A stretch of DNA of 6,414 bases. Origin: a virus. Numbering within the stretch: the stretch's first letter is position 1; every line of letters begins with the position of its first letter. The stretch covers positions 1 to 6,414 of IMG/VR virus record IMGVR_UViG_3300045988_000112; one strand, written 5' to 3'. The translations under genes and the position numbers were made by a program. This document shows positions 3,757 through 6,414 of this stretch, one piece after another. The notes under the pieces were generated by a model. It was not told the DNA's origin. It ran no database searches and worked only from the letters and a program-made list of their open reading frames with translations.

Positions 3757-5592
3757 ATGATACCTAAGGAAGAATTATTAACGAAGTATCTTTTTACTGA
3801 GTGTCTTCGTCCTCAGAGAATTGTAAATCCTTATTCTCATGATGTGATATTCGCTCCGTGTGGGCATTGTAAGTCATGTATTATGAATAAGTCGAATTTC
3901 GCTACGGCTTATGCTATGAATATGGCTACTCATTTTGAGTATTGTTATTTCGTTACCCTTACATATAAGAACATATTTCTTCCTTACTTGTCGGTCGAGG
4001 TTGTTCGGAGATCTGGTAATCGTTATCTCTTTGATGAAAACTTTGAGACGATGGTCCCTACCTCCGACCCTCGACTTTTAACTCCTGAATATTATCATGA
4101 TCGTGATCTTTCTCTTGATCCTGCTCAGAATGAAGTTGAACAAGTTTTTGATATAGGTTTTCAGTCTATTCCTCGTAATGTTTCTGTAAAATCAAAAGGA
4201 TCATTTCGCTTTCGTTCCTTTGATGACGAACCTCTGAAATTCTGTATTCCTATGAAACTTACCGAACTTCAGGATATTTTAATTAAGGCTAATGGTCGTT
4301 ATGATTATGGTAAGCAAAGGGTAGTTTACCCTCCTCTTGCTGATTGTAAGTTACAGATACCTGTTCTTCAATCTCGTGATATTGAATTGTTTTTTAAACG
4401 TTTACGAAGAAATTTAGACTCTCATGGATTCACTTCCTCGAAAATATGTTACTACGTTGTATCAGAATACGGACCTCAAACCTACCGTCCGCATTGGCAT
4501 TGTTTATTATTCTTTGACTCGGAAGAGATCACCCAAACACTTGAAGAAGATATATCTAAGGCTTGGTCCTACGGTCGTATCGATTACTCTCTCTCCCGTG
4601 GAGCGGCTGCTTCCTATGTTGCGTCATACGTTAATAGTGCTGCTTGTCTACCATTCCTTTATGTTGGACAAAAAGAAATCCGCCCTCGATCCTTCCATTC
4701 CAAGGGATTTGGCTCGAATAAAGTCTTTCCTAAATCGTCCGACATTTCAGAAATTTCAAAGATATCCGATCTCTTCTTTGATGGCGTTAACATCGATTCT
4801 AATGGCAAGGTTGTCAACATCCGGCCTATACGGCAGAGTGAGCTTGCGGTATTCCCCCGATTCTCTAATGATTTTTTCACAGATAGTGATACTTGTTGCA
4901 AGTTATTTCAGTCTATCATTGAAACGCCCGAACGCCTCGTTTCGCGCGGCTATCTTGGAATAGACACTCCTAGCTTTGGTTCTGATGGTTTTAGATTATC
5001 TGATCTCGTACGTGCTTATTCTGAATACTATGAGCGGAATTTTACCGACTTTTCATTCAGCCTTCGTTTCCTTAGAGGTTATCGAACTCGTGATTATGCT
5101 GATGAACTGATATTCCGTGAGGCACGTCTTTTTGATGGTTATGTATGTAATAAGGATATGATCTTTGGTAGGTTATATCGCTTGTTTGCTAAGGTACTTC
5201 GTTGTTTTAAGTTTTGGAACTTGAAACAATATACTGACTCTTGGTCTTTAAAGGCTGCTATTAAGAAAATTTGGTCCTATGGATGGGAATATTGGAAAAA
5301 GAAAGAATATCGTTTCTTGACTACTTATTTTGAGTACCTTGAAGGATGTAATGATGATGAGCGTCTTTTCCTCTTGGTTCGTACGTCTGGTTCCGGTCTC
5401 GCTACTGATTCTCCCCATTCTTGGACTTATACTCAGCGTGAAGATTATGTAAATTGTCTTCCTGATGATCTTTATAAGCGTTATATGAAAACTCTTAAAT
5501 GGTTGACCGCCCGCACGGAGAAGGTCCTGAAGGATAAGGTTAAACATAAAGAGTTTAATGATATTCAAGGTGTTTTATTATTTTCTGATTAA
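3757..5592 (+). CDS. VP4: Replication initiation protein VP4 (HUH rolling-circle endonuclease, phiX174 protein A family)
   Basis: A Cys cluster PCGHCKSC spans residues 34-41. Motif I FVTLTY lies at nt 3949-3966. A KRLRR helix (DIELFFKRLRR) lies at about nt 4378-4410. The HUH motif RPHWHCLLFF has H-W-H at nt 4492-4500. The two-tyrosine motif SYVASYVNS has Tyr codons at 4615-4617 and 4627-4629, the Y-x-x-x-Y arrangement used by phiX174 protein A. Confidence 0.92.
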   Translation: MIPKEELLTKYLFTECLRPQRIVNPYSHDVIFAPCGHCKSCIMNKSNFATAYAMNMATHFEYCYFVTLTYKNIFLPYLSVEVVRRSGNRYLFDENFETMVPTSDPRLLTPEYYHDRDLSLDPAQNEVEQVFDIGFQSIPRNVSVKSKGSFRFRSFDDEPLKFCIPMKLTELQDILIKANGRYDYGKQRVVYPPLADCKLQIPVLQSRDIELFFKRLRRNLDSHGFTSSKICYYVVSEYGPQTYRPHWHCLLFFDSEEITQTLEEDISKAWSYGRIDYSLSRGAAASYVASYVNSAACLPFLYVGQKEIRPRSFHSKGFGSNKVFPKSSDISEISKISDLFFDGVNIDSNGKVVNIRPIRQSELAVFPRFSNDFFTDSDTCCKLFQSIIETPERLVSRGYLGIDTPSFGSDGFRLSDLVRAYSEYYERNFTDFSFSLRFLRGYRTRDYADELIFREARLFDGYVCNKDMIFGRLYRLFAKVLRCFKFWNLKQYTDSWSLKAAIKKIWSYGWEYWKKKEYRFLTTYFEYLEGCNDDERLFLLVRTSGSGLATDSPHSWTYTQREDYVNCLPDDLYKRYMKTLKWLTARTEKVLKDKVKHKEFNDIQGVLLFSD

Positions 5593-5604
5593 CTAATTTA
5601 ATTT

Positions 5605-6414
5605 ATGGCACATTTTACCGGTTTGAAAGAACTTCAAAATCATCCTCACAAGGCTGGTTTTGATATTGGTAGTAAAAATGTTTTTACTGCTAAGGTAGGT
5701 GAATTGCTTCCTGTTTATTGGGACATGGCAATTCCCGGTTGTGATTATGATATCGATTTGGCTTATTTTACTCGAACCCGTCCTGTTCAGTCTGCTGCTT
5801 ATACCCGTATTCGTGAGTATTTTGATTTTTATGCGGTTCCTTGTGATCTTCTTTGGAAGTCGTTTGATTCTGCTGTGATTCAAATGAGTCAAGTTGCTCC
5901 TGTCCAATCTAAGACTCTTCTTGATCCTCTCACTGTTGGAACTGATATTCCTTGGTGTAATCTTAGTGATCTTTCTTGGTCTTGTTATTTTTCTGGCGGA
6001 AATGTGGCATTAGGCTCTCTTGTTTCTAACCCTCCTTCTGGTTTTGGTAATATTTTTGGCTATAATCGTGGTGATACGACGTTTAAGCTTTTGTCTTATT
6101 TGAATTACGGAAATATAGTTAGTCCTTCTACTTCTAATGTTGGTAGCAATTCTAATCGTTGGTGGAATACGTCTTTTTCAATTGCTGGTGTTCACAACTA
6201 TTCTCAGAAGTATTTGAATAATAATGCTGTTTCTTTATTCCCTCTTTTGGCTTATCAGAAGATATACCAAGATTTCTTCCGTTGGTCTCAATGGGAAAAT
6301 GCTGATCCTACTTCTTATAATGTAGATTATTATACCGGCGATGGTAATTTGTTTGGTAGAAATGGTATTACTTCCTCTATTCCTTCATCTAGTTCATATT
6401 GGAAGCGTGATAAT
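5605..6414 (+). CDS. VP1: Major capsid protein VP1, N-terminal part. It runs off the window end and continues at nt 2 (equivalent to 6361).
   Basis: ATG 5605 is the first ATG after the in-frame TAA at 5599-5601 and lies 12 nt after the VP4 stop. I translated all 270 codons to the window end by hand and found no stop. The N-terminus reads MAHFTGLKELQNHPHKAGFDIGSKNVFTAKVGELLPVYWDMAIPGCDYDIDLAYFTRTRPVQSAAYTRIREYFDFYAVP, which is typical of a microviral VP1. The track omits this ORF because it has no stop in the window. Confidence 0.9.
   Translation, partial: MAHFTGLKELQNHPHKAGFDIGSKNVFTAKVGELLPVYWDMAIPGCDYDIDLAYFTRTRPVQSAAYTRIREYFDFYAVPCDLLWKSFDSAVIQMSQVAPVQSKTLLDPLTVGTDIPWCNLSDLSWSCYFSGGNVALGSLVSNPPSGFGNIFGYNRGDTTFKLLSYLNYGNIVSPSTSNVGSNSNRWWNTSFSIAGVHNYSQKYLNNNAVSLFPLLAYQKIYQDFFRWSQWENADPTSYNVDYYTGDGNLFGRNGITSSIPSSSSYWKRDN
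6360..6414. repeat. Terminal redundancy, copy 2 (identical to 1-55). It marks circular closure.
   Basis: All 55 nt match, and the reading frame of VP1 is preserved across the join. Confidence 0.95.

Noticed and set aside
6067-6075. RGD tripeptide (residues 155-157) in a probable surface-loop region of VP1
   Set aside because: A tripeptide of this kind is expected by chance fairly often in a 623-aa protein. Nothing else in the sequence supports an integrin-type interaction.
1-6414. Search for CRISPR arrays, IS or transposase genes, an integrase, and toxin-antitoxin or defence systems
   Set aside because: There are no spaced direct repeats of CRISPR type and no ORF with recombinase or transposase hallmarks. 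Apart from two small orphan ORFs, the coding capacity is accounted for by VP1, VP2, VP4 and a tentatively VP3-like ORF.

Overview
The window is one complete, circularly permuted genome of a small ssDNA phage of the family Microviridae. It is not phiX-like. Capsid and Rep size fit the Alpavirinae type, and the promoter and leader features suggest a Bacteroidetes host. nt 1-55 are identical to nt 6360-6414, so the unit circle is 6359 nt. The major capsid gene VP1 is therefore split over the window ends (5605..6359 joined to 1..1117, 623 aa). The ORF track misses its N-terminal half because that half has no stop inside the window. All genes lie on the + strand, in this order: candidate promoter, 67-aa membrane/lipoprotein-like ORF, 63-aa ORF, replication initiator VP4 (611 aa, HUH plus Y-x-x-x-Y), VP1, a 173-aa VP3-like protein, VP2 (pilot/minor capsid), and an intrinsic terminator. 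The remaining 576 nt (2765-3340, about 9 percent of the genome) has no ORF and is densely structured. It holds a GC-rich island of short hairpins, a polypyrimidine tract with a 9-nt direct repeat, twin hairpins, two C-GAA-G mini-hairpins, a duplicated GTAATTAC palindrome, and C8 and A10 homopolymers. The items most worth follow-up are the structured non-coding region as a candidate origin and control region, the small membrane ORF as a candidate lysis or exclusion gene in a lineage with no assigned lysis gene, a 179-codon ORF overprinted on the catalytic core of rep, a large insertion and C-terminal extension in Rep, and the apparently non-ATG start of VP2. I found no tRNA, rRNA, CRISPR array, transposase or integrase.
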